Below are positions 37,350 to 47,020 of a DNA stretch of 64,000 bases, piece after piece. Each line of letters starts with the position of its first letter. The first letter of the stretch is position 1. This DNA comes from Candidatus Omnitrophota bacterium (GTDB lineage: Bacteria > Omnitrophota > Gorgyraeia > Duberdicusellales > 4484-171). The translations under genes and the position numbers were made by a program. The stretch is taken from positions 161,728 to 225,727 of the forward strand of contig JAIPGM010000001.1 of the NCBI GenBank assembly GCA_021735655.1, in the 5' to 3' direction. The notes beneath the pieces are model-generated. The model was not told where the DNA came from and did no database searches. It worked only from the letters and a program-made list of their open reading frames with translations.

Positions 37350-40300
37350 GGATAATAGAATTTAATAATGTTTGGGAGAAGTACCGGATTAAATTTGTAA
37401 GGGACAGGAAAGTTTCTTGGGAAGAAATTTGGGCTTTAAGCAATATAGACTTTACAGTTAATAAGGGTGAAGTTATAGGAATAATTGGTGAAAATGGTGC
37501 CGGAAAAACTACTTTATTAAAATTAATCGCTGGCATGTTTGCTCCGGATAGAGGAGATATATCTGTTCGAGGAAAGGTATCGGTATTGATGGAGCTAGGG
37601 GCTGGTTTTAATCCTGAGTTTACCGGGAGGGAAAATGTTATTCTTAATGCCCGTATCTACGGGTTAGATACAGACATAGTTGAACAGCAAATGGAGAAAA
37701 TCGTCGAATTTGCTGATATTGGTAAATTTATCGATGCCCCGGTTAAATATTATTCACAGGGCATGTATACCCGTTTAGCATTTGCTTTGGCTATATTTGT
37801 AGAGCCGGATATTCTTTTAATTGATGATATTCTATCGGTAGGCGATGCTGACGCACAAAAGAAATGTATTGATAAAGTATTCAAGTTAAAGGAATCGGGA
37901 AAGACTATTATTTTAGTAAGTCATGACATGCATATGATAAGTAGGCTGTGCGATCGAGTTATCCTTTTGGATAAAGGTAAACTTATCGACAGAGGTAATC
38001 CCGCTGAGATTATCTATCATTACCTAGAGACTGTTGGGGATAAAAGTGGTATTGCAGTTTTAGAAAAGGATAAATTAAGATTAGTATTTAATAATGGGAG
38101 AATTACTTTTAGCTACGCAGGAGTGCCCCTTACTAAAGAATTTGGTGGTTATGTGGCTTATTTTGTTTCTTCCCTTGGTAGTTGGCTTTCTTCTTTTGAT
38201 TTATTCTGGAAGATAAGCCATTTTTCAGCTAATAAAATTGTTGCTGAGGGAGAATATAAAGGTAGAGGGCCTTCTCAGGTTTGGGTTTTGGAATTTTCTG
38301 AAAGCAGATTATGTTGGCAGGTGAAGATAAAAGACAAAGATGTAAGAGATCCGCATATAGATTTATTGCTTAACCCTCAATATAAAAAATGGTTAAATTT
38401 AGACCAAGGCGGGGGTTTTCCTTCCTTTATTTCTAAATCTACTTGGCAGAATTTGGGTTTAGCTAATTTTCCCCAAGCTATGGTCGGTTTAACCGCAGAC
38501 TTGGAAGTTAAGAGTTGTCCTTCTTTTGTTTTGACCGCAGAGGATAAGGATACTCAGATTAGACTTTTCAATACAGGTTATGACCAGGAAGGACGCATTA
38601 TTCAGTTGGATTTAAAGTTAGCCGGAGACAATCTATTTTTTCTTAAAATATTTCCTGAGAAAAATATATTTGAAGAGTATATTAAAAAAGAGAAAGATAT
38701 ATTTGAAGAGAGCATTAAAAAAGTAAACCAGCAACTAGCTTTAGAGAAAGAAGCGCAACAGGTCAGATTGCGGGATTTATCAACTTTTGCTTGGGGCAAT
38801 TTTAGTCTTTTTGCTGATAAGGAGGAAAAGTCTTTAAAGCTATACTTTAAGAATAAAGAAGTCACCAAAAAAGAAGGATTCCATATATCTTTTTTGATCA
38901 ATAATATCTGGTACGATACTACTTCTGCGGATTGGCAGATAACTAAAGAAAAGGAAGTTTTCATAATTAAACTATTTTGGAAAGTGTTTGATTTTAAACA
39001 AACTTGGAAATTTTCAGTTAAGAATGGGGGGCTTCTTTGGAATTTAAATTCCATCGTAAAGAAAACCTTCAATCCAGAGATTATGAAAATCGGTTTACTA
39101 TTAATAAGTGAGTACAAAACTTTCTTTTGCGGTTATCAGCAGGAAGATTTTCCAGATAAATTCAGCTCTTGGCAGGATATGTCTCTCAAAGACCCGAAAG
39201 CAAGATGTTTTGGTTTAAGAAAACAAACATCGTTACCGGCGATTGCTTTAGATAACAATGAAAGTTTTGATTGTATTGTACAGAACAGCGATGAAGAAAA
39301 TTCCTGTCGGGTACTACAGCTAAGCCTTCCCAGGCAAAGTTTTATTCAAAAAAATACATCTTTTGGTGTTCAACTTAGCCTGCTTGAAGAGGAAAGTCCC
39401 ATTGATCATTACCTTAAACAAGAAAGACAGGACCATTTACTTAGGCAACAAGAAGCAAAAAGATTGCTTAGCGCTAAAAGTACTATATCAAAAGATAATT
39501 TTCGTTTTTTTGTTGATAAGGAAGAAAAATCTTTAAGGATATACTTTAAGGACAAAGAGATTACTAAAGGGGCCGGTCTACATAGTTCATTATGCGTTTT
39601 CGGGAAGTGGTTTCATAGGGAGGAAACTAGGTGGCAGACAAAAAAGATTTCCGATGAAGAAGTAGTTTTAATTTTAAGTTATGACTCACTACCGCTTTTA
39701 CAAATTTTTTCTCTTAGTTTCAAAAGAAAGGGTATTCTAAGAGTTAAAGTCGAAATGGAAATAAGCGAGCAGATTCATTTGTCTGATCATCATCTGAAGC
39801 TTGAGCTTCAAGATGACTATAATAATTGGGATACTGGCTATGAGCAAGGCAATTTTTTTATTGATCGATATGTGGATGAGATCGGTCCGATTAGACTAAA
39901 AGATAATAGAATTTCGAATATACTATTGAGATCAAACAATGAAAGTAAAATTCCAAAAATGCTTTTGAAAATTATTTCCCAAATTGATAGACGAATTATA
40001 AACCTTTATAAGCGAAGAAGTGAAGATGGAGAATGCGTTGGCCTTTGCTCTCCTTTGATTGTATCTAAAAAAGAAGAACTGGTTAAACCTGGAAAGTATA
40101 CTTATTTCGAAGGAGAAATCATATTTGGAAAAGAAGCTAAATTAGAAAGAGAAGCTTCTAGGGTAGATATTGTCGAGCTTAAAAAAGATGATATAAGATT
40201 TGTTTTTGATCGTGGCAGAGTTAAAATTTTCTGGAAGGAAGAAGAGTTAACTTCGGAATTAGGAATTTATACCTCATTGCGTTCAAAAGGAATCTGGCAG

Positions 40301-40813
40301 GATTCTTACCAGGCAGCTTGGGAAATAGAGCATAAAGCTAAGGAAAAAATTGTGGCAACTGGAGGTTGGCCTTACCTTCCCATTTCTCAAACATGGAAAT
40401 TAGAGTTGCTCGGCAAGAATTCAATATCTTGGCAAGTTGACATGGAGATTTACGGTGAAGTTAATTTAGAGATAGAACAGGCTAGTGTAATGATTTCTTC
40501 TAAATACAGGAATTGGGAAATTCCCAGTTTTAACAGCGGTAAATTTCTTGATGTCTATGTTAAGAATCACGATATTCTACCTTTTAGATTTTGGTCTGGG
40601 GATGCAAACAAGATAGCTGCTGTTTCAGAATGTTTTCCCTCGATAATTTTTAAAAGCGAAAGACAAGATAAAGAAATGCAGGCGGTTATAGAAAATACAG
40701 GTATTTTATATAGGGCAAGGTTGTTGCAGTATCAAAGTACAAGTAATAATGCAATTTTGCCAGGTAAATATCCATACTTTAGGGGGATGATAGAAATTGA
40801 GACTAGGAAGTAA
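37346..40813 (+). CDS. ABC exporter ATP-binding protein (Wzt/TagH-like) with ~900-aa C-terminal extension of four repeated uncharacterised domains
   Basis: The N-terminal ~235 aa have Walker A GENGAGKTT, the Wzt-type signature YSQGMYTRLAFA and Walker B LLIDDILSVGD. The tail holds four paralogous ~200-235-aa modules. Confidence 0.8.
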   Translation: MRIIEFNNVWEKYRIKFVRDRKVSWEEIWALSNIDFTVNKGEVIGIIGENGAGKTTLLKLIAGMFAPDRGDISVRGKVSVLMELGAGFNPEFTGRENVILNARIYGLDTDIVEQQMEKIVEFADIGKFIDAPVKYYSQGMYTRLAFALAIFVEPDILLIDDILSVGDADAQKKCIDKVFKLKESGKTIILVSHDMHMISRLCDRVILLDKGKLIDRGNPAEIIYHYLETVGDKSGIAVLEKDKLRLVFNNGRITFSYAGVPLTKEFGGYVAYFVSSLGSWLSSFDLFWKISHFSANKIVAEGEYKGRGPSQVWVLEFSESRLCWQVKIKDKDVRDPHIDLLLNPQYKKWLNLDQGGGFPSFISKSTWQNLGLANFPQAMVGLTADLEVKSCPSFVLTAEDKDTQIRLFNTGYDQEGRIIQLDLKLAGDNLFFLKIFPEKNIFEEYIKKEKDIFEESIKKVNQQLALEKEAQQVRLRDLSTFAWGNFSLFADKEEKSLKLYFKNKEVTKKEGFHISFLINNIWYDTTSADWQITKEKEVFIIKLFWKVFDFKQTWKFSVKNGGLLWNLNSIVKKTFNPEIMKIGLLLISEYKTFFCGYQQEDFPDKFSSWQDMSLKDPKARCFGLRKQTSLPAIALDNNESFDCIVQNSDEENSCRVLQLSLPRQSFIQKNTSFGVQLSLLEEESPIDHYLKQERQDHLLRQQEAKRLLSAKSTISKDNFRFFVDKEEKSLRIYFKDKEITKGAGLHSSLCVFGKWFHREETRWQTKKISDEEVVLILSYDSLPLLQIFSLSFKRKGILRVKVEMEISEQIHLSDHHLKLELQDDYNNWDTGYEQGNFFIDRYVDEIGPIRLKDNRISNILLRSNNESKIPKMLLKIISQIDRRIINLYKRRSEDGECVGLCSPLIVSKKEELVKPGKYTYFEGEIIFGKEAKLEREASRVDIVELKKDDIRFVFDRGRVKIFWKEEELTSELGIYTSLRSKGIWQDSYQAAWEIEHKAKEKIVATGGWPYLPISQTWKLELLGKNSISWQVDMEIYGEVNLEIEQASVMISSKYRNWEIPSFNSGKFLDVYVKNHDILPFRFWSGDANKIAAVSECFPSIIFKSERQDKEMQAVIENTGILYRARLLQYQSTSNNAILPGKYPYFRGMIEIETRK
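38060..40810 (+). repeat. Four tandem copies of an uncharacterised ~200-aa protein domain (also at about 40935-41600 and 50265-50906 in two radical SAM genes)
   Basis: Copies start at about 38060, 38786, 39491 and 40178. The alignable cores are LRLVFNNGRITFSYAGVPLTKEFG..., LKLYFKNKEVTKKEGFHISF..W.DT..ADWQI...QTWKFSV..GGLLWNL, LRIYFKDKEITKGAGLHSSL and VKIFWKEEELTSELGIYTSL..W.DS..AAWEI...QTWKLEL...SISWQV. Confidence 0.75.
38657..38722 (+). repeat. In-frame tandem duplication of a 33-nt unit (EKNIFEEYIKK / EKDIFEESIKK)
   Basis: Unit 1 (38657-38689) and unit 2 (38690-38722) differ at 2 of 11 residues. They sit in the linker between domain copies 1 and 2. Confidence 0.8.
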
Positions 40814-43163
40814 TTATCAAAAGTTTCGAAATCATCTAAGCGCGGGGGGTTTGATTTATGCTGTCTATAGAGGTATAAAATATTTTATTTATTTGCCGCA
40901 GAGGAGAAATTGTAAGCGTAAACAAAAACAAATAATGCTTATTAACGGCAAGCTAAGAATAGATTATTTGGATAAAGGGATTGGCATGTCTTGGAATAAT
41001 TCCCCAATTACCGAAAATGTACACTTTAATGTCGGGCTTAATACTTTAGGATTATGGACAGATTCTTCAAAGGCTCATTGGCAAATTATGGATCAAGGAG
41101 AAGATTATCTCAAGGTCAAGGTAATTTTCCAGGAGTTACCTTTGAGCCAGAATTGGCTAATAAAGTTAGAGGGCGACCACCAAATATACTGGAAGATAGA
41201 TTTAGAAATAGAAGAGCATCTTCATATTGATGAATTCCGGATGGTTTGCGGAGTTAACCGTAAGTATAAAACTTGGATTAATAGCTTTCAGGAGAAAGTT
41301 TTTCCCCGGCTTAATCAATATTGGCAAGATTTATGTCTAGATAATGTTTTTACTTCTTTTGTGGGAGTAAGGTTTCCTACTGGAAACACTCTCTTGCCTT
41401 CATTGGTATTTGAATCTTGCGATGATAGCAGAGTTTTTTCCCCCCTTGTTCAAAATACCCCTTTAGATATTAATACCCATATTATAGGATTTAGAAAGAT
41501 TAATCACGAAGATGAAAGGGATTATCCGCCGGGTTGTTATCAGCTTTTTGCTGGCAGAATAAAATTATACGAAGACAATTATCTGTTAGATAAGAAAATA
41601 GAAGATGTGCGTCAAGATTACTTTAAGTCTACAATGAAACGAGTAAGTGCTATTTCCGAAGCCAAAGAATTAAAAGTTATGCTAGTAAATCTACCTTGGC
41701 AGAATAACGGGGTAGGGGGAGTAAGGGCTGGCTCTCGTTGGCCGCACATGAAAGATTTAAGCGAAGGAAATTACTTACCATTTCCTTTTTTTCTTGCTTA
41801 CGCCACCTCTCTTTTAGAAAAAAACGGTATCAAGGCTGACTTAGTTGATGCTATCGCAGAATGTTTATCCGAAGATAAGTTTATCGAGCGGCTTTTAGGA
41901 GCTAATTGTAATGTTTTAGTTGTTGAGACCTCTGTGCCTTCATTTTACCATGATCTGCAGCTATTAAGGAAGTTATCAAATTTTGGTTTTACAATAATTT
42001 TATGCGGTCCAAATTCTGAAATTTATAAATTTGAATTTTTAAAAGAAAATAGATTCATTAATTATGTTTTATTCGGAGAATATGAATTTACGCTTTTGGA
42101 ATTGACGAAGATTATTTCTAAGGGCAAAAAAGATCTTACTTTTGTAAAAGGCCTTATTTGGAGAGATGAAAAAGGTAATATTATTAAGAATCATCCTCGG
42201 GAGCCTTTTGATATAAATTGTTTACCTTGGCCTCACAGGGATAAGCTTCCGATGGAAAAATATTGGGATTTACCTGGTGATATTCCTCATCCTTCGGTTC
42301 AAATAGTTGCCTCGCGGGGTTGTCCTTTTGGTTGCAGTTTTTGCCTTTGGCCTCAGATTCTTTTTGGCGGAAAGACCTATAGAGTGAGGGACGTAACTGA
42401 TTGCATTGATGAAATGGAGTACTTAGTAAGAGAAAAAGGCTTTAAATCAGTCTATTTCGATGATGATACTTTTAATGTCGGAAAAGCTAGGATGCTTGAT
42501 TTTTGCAATGAGATTATAAAGAGAAAGCTAGATAATGTCCCCTGGGCAATTATGGCTAAAGCCGACCTTATGGATGAGGAGATTTTAGATAAGATGAAGG
42601 AGGCTGGGTTACATGCGGTAAAGTATGGAGTAGAGAGTGCTTCGCAAGAGTTAGTGGATAGGTGTGGAAAATGTCTAGACCTTAAAAAAGCAGAGCAGAT
42701 GATTAAATATAGCCAACATTTAGGCATAAAGGTTCATTTGACTTTTTCCTTTGGTCTTCCTGGAGAAACTAAGGAGACAATTAAAAAAACAGTTGATTAT
42801 GCTTTAAAATTAGATCCACAGTCAGTTCAATTTTCAATTATTACACCTTTTCCAGGCACAACTCTTTTTGAAGAGCTAGATAAAAAGGAAAAAATTCTTA
42901 CTAAGAATTGGTCTTTGTATGATGGTCATTATAGTTGTGTTTTCCAGCCGGATAACCTTTCTTTGGGAGATTTAGAAGAATCAAAACAACATGCTTACAG
43001 GTTGTGGCTAGATTATCAAAGGAAAAAAAGAGGATTGCTGGGTGATCTAAAAAGGTTCTATAATTATGCACAAAAAGATGGTTTAGGCAATGCAGTTAAG
43101 AAGACTAAAGATTACTTGAATTATTCTATTTTTCATAGAAAGAAGTTTATCGGTAAGATATGA
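40797..43163 (+). CDS. B12-binding-domain radical SAM enzyme (class B) with N-terminal copy of the Wzt-tail domain
   Basis: The radical SAM triad CPFGCSFC is at 42321-42344, preceded by a B12-binding-type Rossmann region (KVMLVNLPW...). The N-terminal domain (about 40935-41600) is LRIDYLDKGIGMSWNNSPITENVHFNVGL..W.DS..AHWQI...QNWLIKL...QIYWKI. The track start is a TTG at 40797; an ATG at 40935 is an alternative. Confidence 0.8.
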   Translation: MRLGSNYQKFRNHLSAGGLIYAVYRGIKYFIYLPQRRNCKRKQKQIMLINGKLRIDYLDKGIGMSWNNSPITENVHFNVGLNTLGLWTDSSKAHWQIMDQGEDYLKVKVIFQELPLSQNWLIKLEGDHQIYWKIDLEIEEHLHIDEFRMVCGVNRKYKTWINSFQEKVFPRLNQYWQDLCLDNVFTSFVGVRFPTGNTLLPSLVFESCDDSRVFSPLVQNTPLDINTHIIGFRKINHEDERDYPPGCYQLFAGRIKLYEDNYLLDKKIEDVRQDYFKSTMKRVSAISEAKELKVMLVNLPWQNNGVGGVRAGSRWPHMKDLSEGNYLPFPFFLAYATSLLEKNGIKADLVDAIAECLSEDKFIERLLGANCNVLVVETSVPSFYHDLQLLRKLSNFGFTIILCGPNSEIYKFEFLKENRFINYVLFGEYEFTLLELTKIISKGKKDLTFVKGLIWRDEKGNIIKNHPREPFDINCLPWPHRDKLPMEKYWDLPGDIPHPSVQIVASRGCPFGCSFCLWPQILFGGKTYRVRDVTDCIDEMEYLVREKGFKSVYFDDDTFNVGKARMLDFCNEIIKRKLDNVPWAIMAKADLMDEEILDKMKEAGLHAVKYGVESASQELVDRCGKCLDLKKAEQMIKYSQHLGIKVHLTFSFGLPGETKETIKKTVDYALKLDPQSVQFSIITPFPGTTLFEELDKKEKILTKNWSLYDGHYSCVFQPDNLSLGDLEESKQHAYRLWLDYQRKKRGLLGDLKRFYNYAQKDGLGNAVKKTKDYLNYSIFHRKKFIGKI

Positions 43164-46100
43164 AGAATTATCTAGTCACCTGGGATAAAATATGTAAGGG
43201 TATAACTAAGCAAAAGAAGATATTTTGTGGCCCACACACTGTCCAAATAGATTTAACCGACAAATGCAATAGTAGCTGCGTTGCTTGTTGGATTCACTCA
43301 CCTTTAGTTGAGGAAAAAAAATCATTTCCAGAAGGCAAAAAACAACTTTCTTTCGAATTAGTTAAAAGTTTGATTAATGATTTGTCTGATTTAGGAACTC
43401 AGGAGGTAATTTTATCCGGATCAGGGGAGCCATTTTTATATCCAGAAATAAAAGAGGTTATAAAAAATATAAAGTCAAAAAATATGTATCTAAATATAAT
43501 TACCAATGCTTCTCTTATCGATGAGGAAATGGCAGAGCTGTTAGTAAAATGCAAAGTCGATTTAATTACTGCCAGCATATGGGCCGGTGATGCTGAAACT
43601 TACAGCTTAACTCATCCAGGAAAAAGCGAAGCTGATTTCGAAAAAATAAAGAGTAACTTAAAGAAATTGGCTTTTTATAAGAAGCGGTATGGTTCATTGG
43701 AGCCGCATTTAAAATTATATAATGTAATTTGCAGTAAAAATTATAGAAATATTGAGGAAATGGTTGATTTTGCTAAATCAATGGATGCCGATTCTTTAGA
43801 GTTTCAGGTTGTTGATATAATTTCTGGGAAAACAGATCATTTGGCCCTGAAAGATGCCTATAAGAGCGAGATAGTAAATCAATTGGACAATATAAGAAAG
43901 CGAAAAGATTTAATATCTTTTAATACGCCTAAAGAAATGCCGATAGATAGTTTTATTGATGAGGAATTTTTTGATTTTGGAAAGATTTGGAAAAATTACA
44001 AAAACGGCTTTTGCGTTTCTCAGTGTAGCAGTTCTTTGGTTTGCAAAAAAGATCACGAGATAAAAGATAAGAGAATTATTGTTTCAGAGTCGACATCAAC
44101 CAGAGGGACTCGTCCGGTTGCATTTTGGTATAAATTTGAAAATAATATATGTAAAACTTGCGAGGAAAATATTGAGTGCGTTGACGATGAAAATGCAGTG
44201 AGCATAAAATTGTTGAATATGTTGGGTATTGGTTCATTTTTGAGGAGATTATTGCGCTCTGATTTAGAGAGAGGGATATATGAAAAGCAAATAAATAGCA
44301 TCCCATGTTATATAGGGTGGTATTATTCTCGTATTTTAGCTAATGGTGATGTTATCCCTTGTTGCAAGGCAGGTAAGTTATCTTTAGGTAATATTAAGAA
44401 AAGAACTTTTTCTAAAATTTGGCATTCCTATCGATATAAAAAGTTTCGGCTTAACGCTAAGAATTTAACTAAGCATCATAAGTATTTTTCTAACATCAAT
44501 TGCATCAAGAGTTGCGATAATTGGGGAGTAAATTTAGAAATCGACGGGAGATTGAAGGAATTTGAAAATAAAGAGAAAAAAAAGGAGCCTTACCTTTTAA
44601 CTATCAAGAATAGCATTATAAAGGGTAGGGTTGAGGATACGCTTGCAAAAATTACTCGTAATATTAAACCGAATAATTTAAAAAAGAGATATTCAGAAAT
44701 TTTAGGTGTATTTGATGGTGAACATGGTTATAAAGGTCCATTCCACGTTCAGATAGACTTGACTAATGATTGCAATAACACTTGCATTGCTTGTTGGTGC
44801 AATTCACCTCTTTTGAAAGAGAAACGATTATCGGCTGATAAAAAAAATCAATATTTACCTTTAGGAATGGTAAAGGAATTATTGGATGAGATTACTAATA
44901 TGGGTGCTACTGAGGTCTATTATTCAGGAAGTGGTGAACCATTTATGCATCCAGCGATTATGGAGATTCTCGATTATTCAAAAAAGAAAGGTTTAATCTG
45001 TCACGTAAATACTAATTTTACTCTTCTTAATCAAGAAAAGATAGATTGCTTAATCGATATGGAGGTTGACCATCTTACGGTGAGTGTTTGGGCGGCTACG
45101 GCCGAAACTTATGCAAAAACTCATCCTAATAAAACCGAGGCTGACTTTCAACGGATAAAAGAGAATTTACTATATCTGAACTTACGAAAGAAAAGTAAGC
45201 CCTGTATAAAAATTTATAACGTTATTTTTAACATGAATTACCTTGAAGTTGAGAAGATGCTTGATTTTGCCGTTGAGACTAAATCTGAATCTTTAGAATT
45301 TACCCTTGTAGATACTATGCCTGGGGCTACTGATATGCTTGCTTTAAATCAAGGACAGTTGGATGAGCTTAATGATTTATGCAGGAAAATAAAATTAAAA
45401 TTAGATAAAAATTACATAATTAGGAGTAAAAAGGTATTGCTTTTTCAGTTTGAGCAGTTTTTGAGAAGGATTTCTGTTTCTCAAGATGTCCAGGAGGCAA
45501 AATACGATAGAGGTGTTATTGATAGTATGCCTTGTTATATTGGTTGGCTTTTTGCACGAATAATTCCTAACGGGGAAGTTCATTCTTGTCTTAAGGCGCA
45601 TAGAATTCCGACCGGTTCTTTGTATAAAGATAGATTTTTCGAAATTTGGAATAGTGCTAAACAGGCACATTTTCGTAAAAAGACTTTAGTTTGCAGAAAA
45701 GATGATCCTTTCTTTAGGTTGATTGGCAACGATCCCAATACAAAGGAGGCCGGTTGTTACAAGAGTTGCGATGATATCGGGAGGAACACTTGGATGCATA
45801 ACAAGATGAATATGTTGACGCCACTGGGAAGGCTGACACTTAAGTACGTAGCTAAAGCCATGAAGCCTCTAAGGAGGCTTAGGTCCAAAAACGATAATTT
45901 TAAGAATTACCACAGTGACCCTTTAATTGCCGGGGTCATCCATGGCCGGAAGGCTTTTTTGGGACCCGAACAAGTAGTAATTGATCCGACCAATAAGTGT
46001 AATTTGCAATGCATTTCTTGTTGGATGTATTCGCCATTATTGAAAAAAAATAAACCAGCTTTGGATTTATTGAAACAAGAATTATCTAAAGAGGTACTTA

Positions 46101-47014
46101 TTAAATTAATCGATGATTTAGCTGATTTAGGAACAAAGCGTATTAGGTTCACTGGTGGCGGAGAGCCTTTTATGCATAAAGATTTGATGACAGTAATAGA
46201 GCATGCCCGAAAAAAGAATATTTTAGTTGCGGTAACTACGAACTTTGGTTTGGTCTCTAGACAGGATATTCTTAGATTGTGTGATTTGGGATTGGAGGAG
46301 TTATGCATAAGCATTTGGGGTTCTTCATCGAGAGTCTACAATTTGGTTCATCCTGGTACCGGTGAGGATTATTTTAAGAAATTAAAAGAAAATCTTTCTT
46401 ATTTGAAAGGGCTAAATAAGTATAAACCGCGGACTACCTTTGCTAATGTAATCATGAATAATAATTTCACTGATTTTGAAGCAATGTATGATTTTGCTTT
46501 AGATCATGGAGCTGATGCAGCCTATTTTACCTTGGTTGATATTATTTCCGGTCAAACCGATAAGTTCTTGTTGAATAAAGATGAACGAAGCGAATTGCTA
46601 AAGAGAGCTCTTATGGTTCAGCAACGAAATAAAGATAACAAGCTGCAGCTTGAATTTTTTGAGAATTTTCTAAAAAGAGTATCTAGTTTCCAAGGAGACT
46701 TTGAAAAAGGAGAATATGATAAATCGAGCATTGATCAATTGCCTTGTTATGCCGGCTGGATTTTTTCAAGAGTTTTGGCAGACGGAAGCGTTGCGCCCTG
46801 CTGCCGGGGGGTTAAAAAAATAATCGGCAACATCAAGACTAAATCTTTTAAAGATATTTGGTTTTCGCCCGAATACAATGAGTTTAGAGTTAAAGCAAAG
46901 TATTTATCGAAAAGCAACGCTTACTTTAAGGATATAGGCTGTATAAAAGAATGTGATAATTTGATGCATAATCAGGAGTTTCATAAAAGAATAAATCTAA
47001 AAGAAGGAGGTTGA
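43160..47014 (+). CDS. Triple-module radical SAM/SPASM-like fusion protein (1,284 aa)
   Basis: Three paralogous modules carry CNSSCVAC (43265-43288), CNNTCIAC (44771-44794) and CNLQCISC (45998-46021). Each is followed by SGSGEPF/TGGGEPF and a Cys-rich auxiliary-cluster region (PCYIGW...PCC...C.K.CDN). The start overlaps the upstream stop by ATGA. Confidence 0.8.
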   Translation: MKNYLVTWDKICKGITKQKKIFCGPHTVQIDLTDKCNSSCVACWIHSPLVEEKKSFPEGKKQLSFELVKSLINDLSDLGTQEVILSGSGEPFLYPEIKEVIKNIKSKNMYLNIITNASLIDEEMAELLVKCKVDLITASIWAGDAETYSLTHPGKSEADFEKIKSNLKKLAFYKKRYGSLEPHLKLYNVICSKNYRNIEEMVDFAKSMDADSLEFQVVDIISGKTDHLALKDAYKSEIVNQLDNIRKRKDLISFNTPKEMPIDSFIDEEFFDFGKIWKNYKNGFCVSQCSSSLVCKKDHEIKDKRIIVSESTSTRGTRPVAFWYKFENNICKTCEENIECVDDENAVSIKLLNMLGIGSFLRRLLRSDLERGIYEKQINSIPCYIGWYYSRILANGDVIPCCKAGKLSLGNIKKRTFSKIWHSYRYKKFRLNAKNLTKHHKYFSNINCIKSCDNWGVNLEIDGRLKEFENKEKKKEPYLLTIKNSIIKGRVEDTLAKITRNIKPNNLKKRYSEILGVFDGEHGYKGPFHVQIDLTNDCNNTCIACWCNSPLLKEKRLSADKKNQYLPLGMVKELLDEITNMGATEVYYSGSGEPFMHPAIMEILDYSKKKGLICHVNTNFTLLNQEKIDCLIDMEVDHLTVSVWAATAETYAKTHPNKTEADFQRIKENLLYLNLRKKSKPCIKIYNVIFNMNYLEVEKMLDFAVETKSESLEFTLVDTMPGATDMLALNQGQLDELNDLCRKIKLKLDKNYIIRSKKVLLFQFEQFLRRISVSQDVQEAKYDRGVIDSMPCYIGWLFARIIPNGEVHSCLKAHRIPTGSLYKDRFFEIWNSAKQAHFRKKTLVCRKDDPFFRLIGNDPNTKEAGCYKSCDDIGRNTWMHNKMNMLTPLGRLTLKYVAKAMKPLRRLRSKNDNFKNYHSDPLIAGVIHGRKAFLGPEQVVIDPTNKCNLQCISCWMYSPLLKKNKPALDLLKQELSKEVLIKLIDDLADLGTKRIRFTGGGEPFMHKDLMTVIEHARKKNILVAVTTNFGLVSRQDILRLCDLGLEELCISIWGSSSRVYNLVHPGTGEDYFKKLKENLSYLKGLNKYKPRTTFANVIMNNNFTDFEAMYDFALDHGADAAYFTLVDIISGQTDKFLLNKDERSELLKRALMVQQRNKDNKLQLEFFENFLKRVSSFQGDFEKGEYDKSSIDQLPCYAGWIFSRVLADGSVAPCCRGVKKIIGNIKTKSFKDIWFSPEYNEFRVKAKYLSKSNAYFKDIGCIKECDNLMHNQEFHKRINLKEGG

Positions 47015-47020
47015 AGTTAA

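Noticed and set aside
38657-38722. A 33-nt in-frame tandem duplication in the Wzt-like gene.
   Set aside because: It is real, but it is a small linker duplication (a Glu/Lys-rich helical segment) between domain copies. There is no sign of a regulatory or phase-variable function, since the units are not identical and keep the frame.
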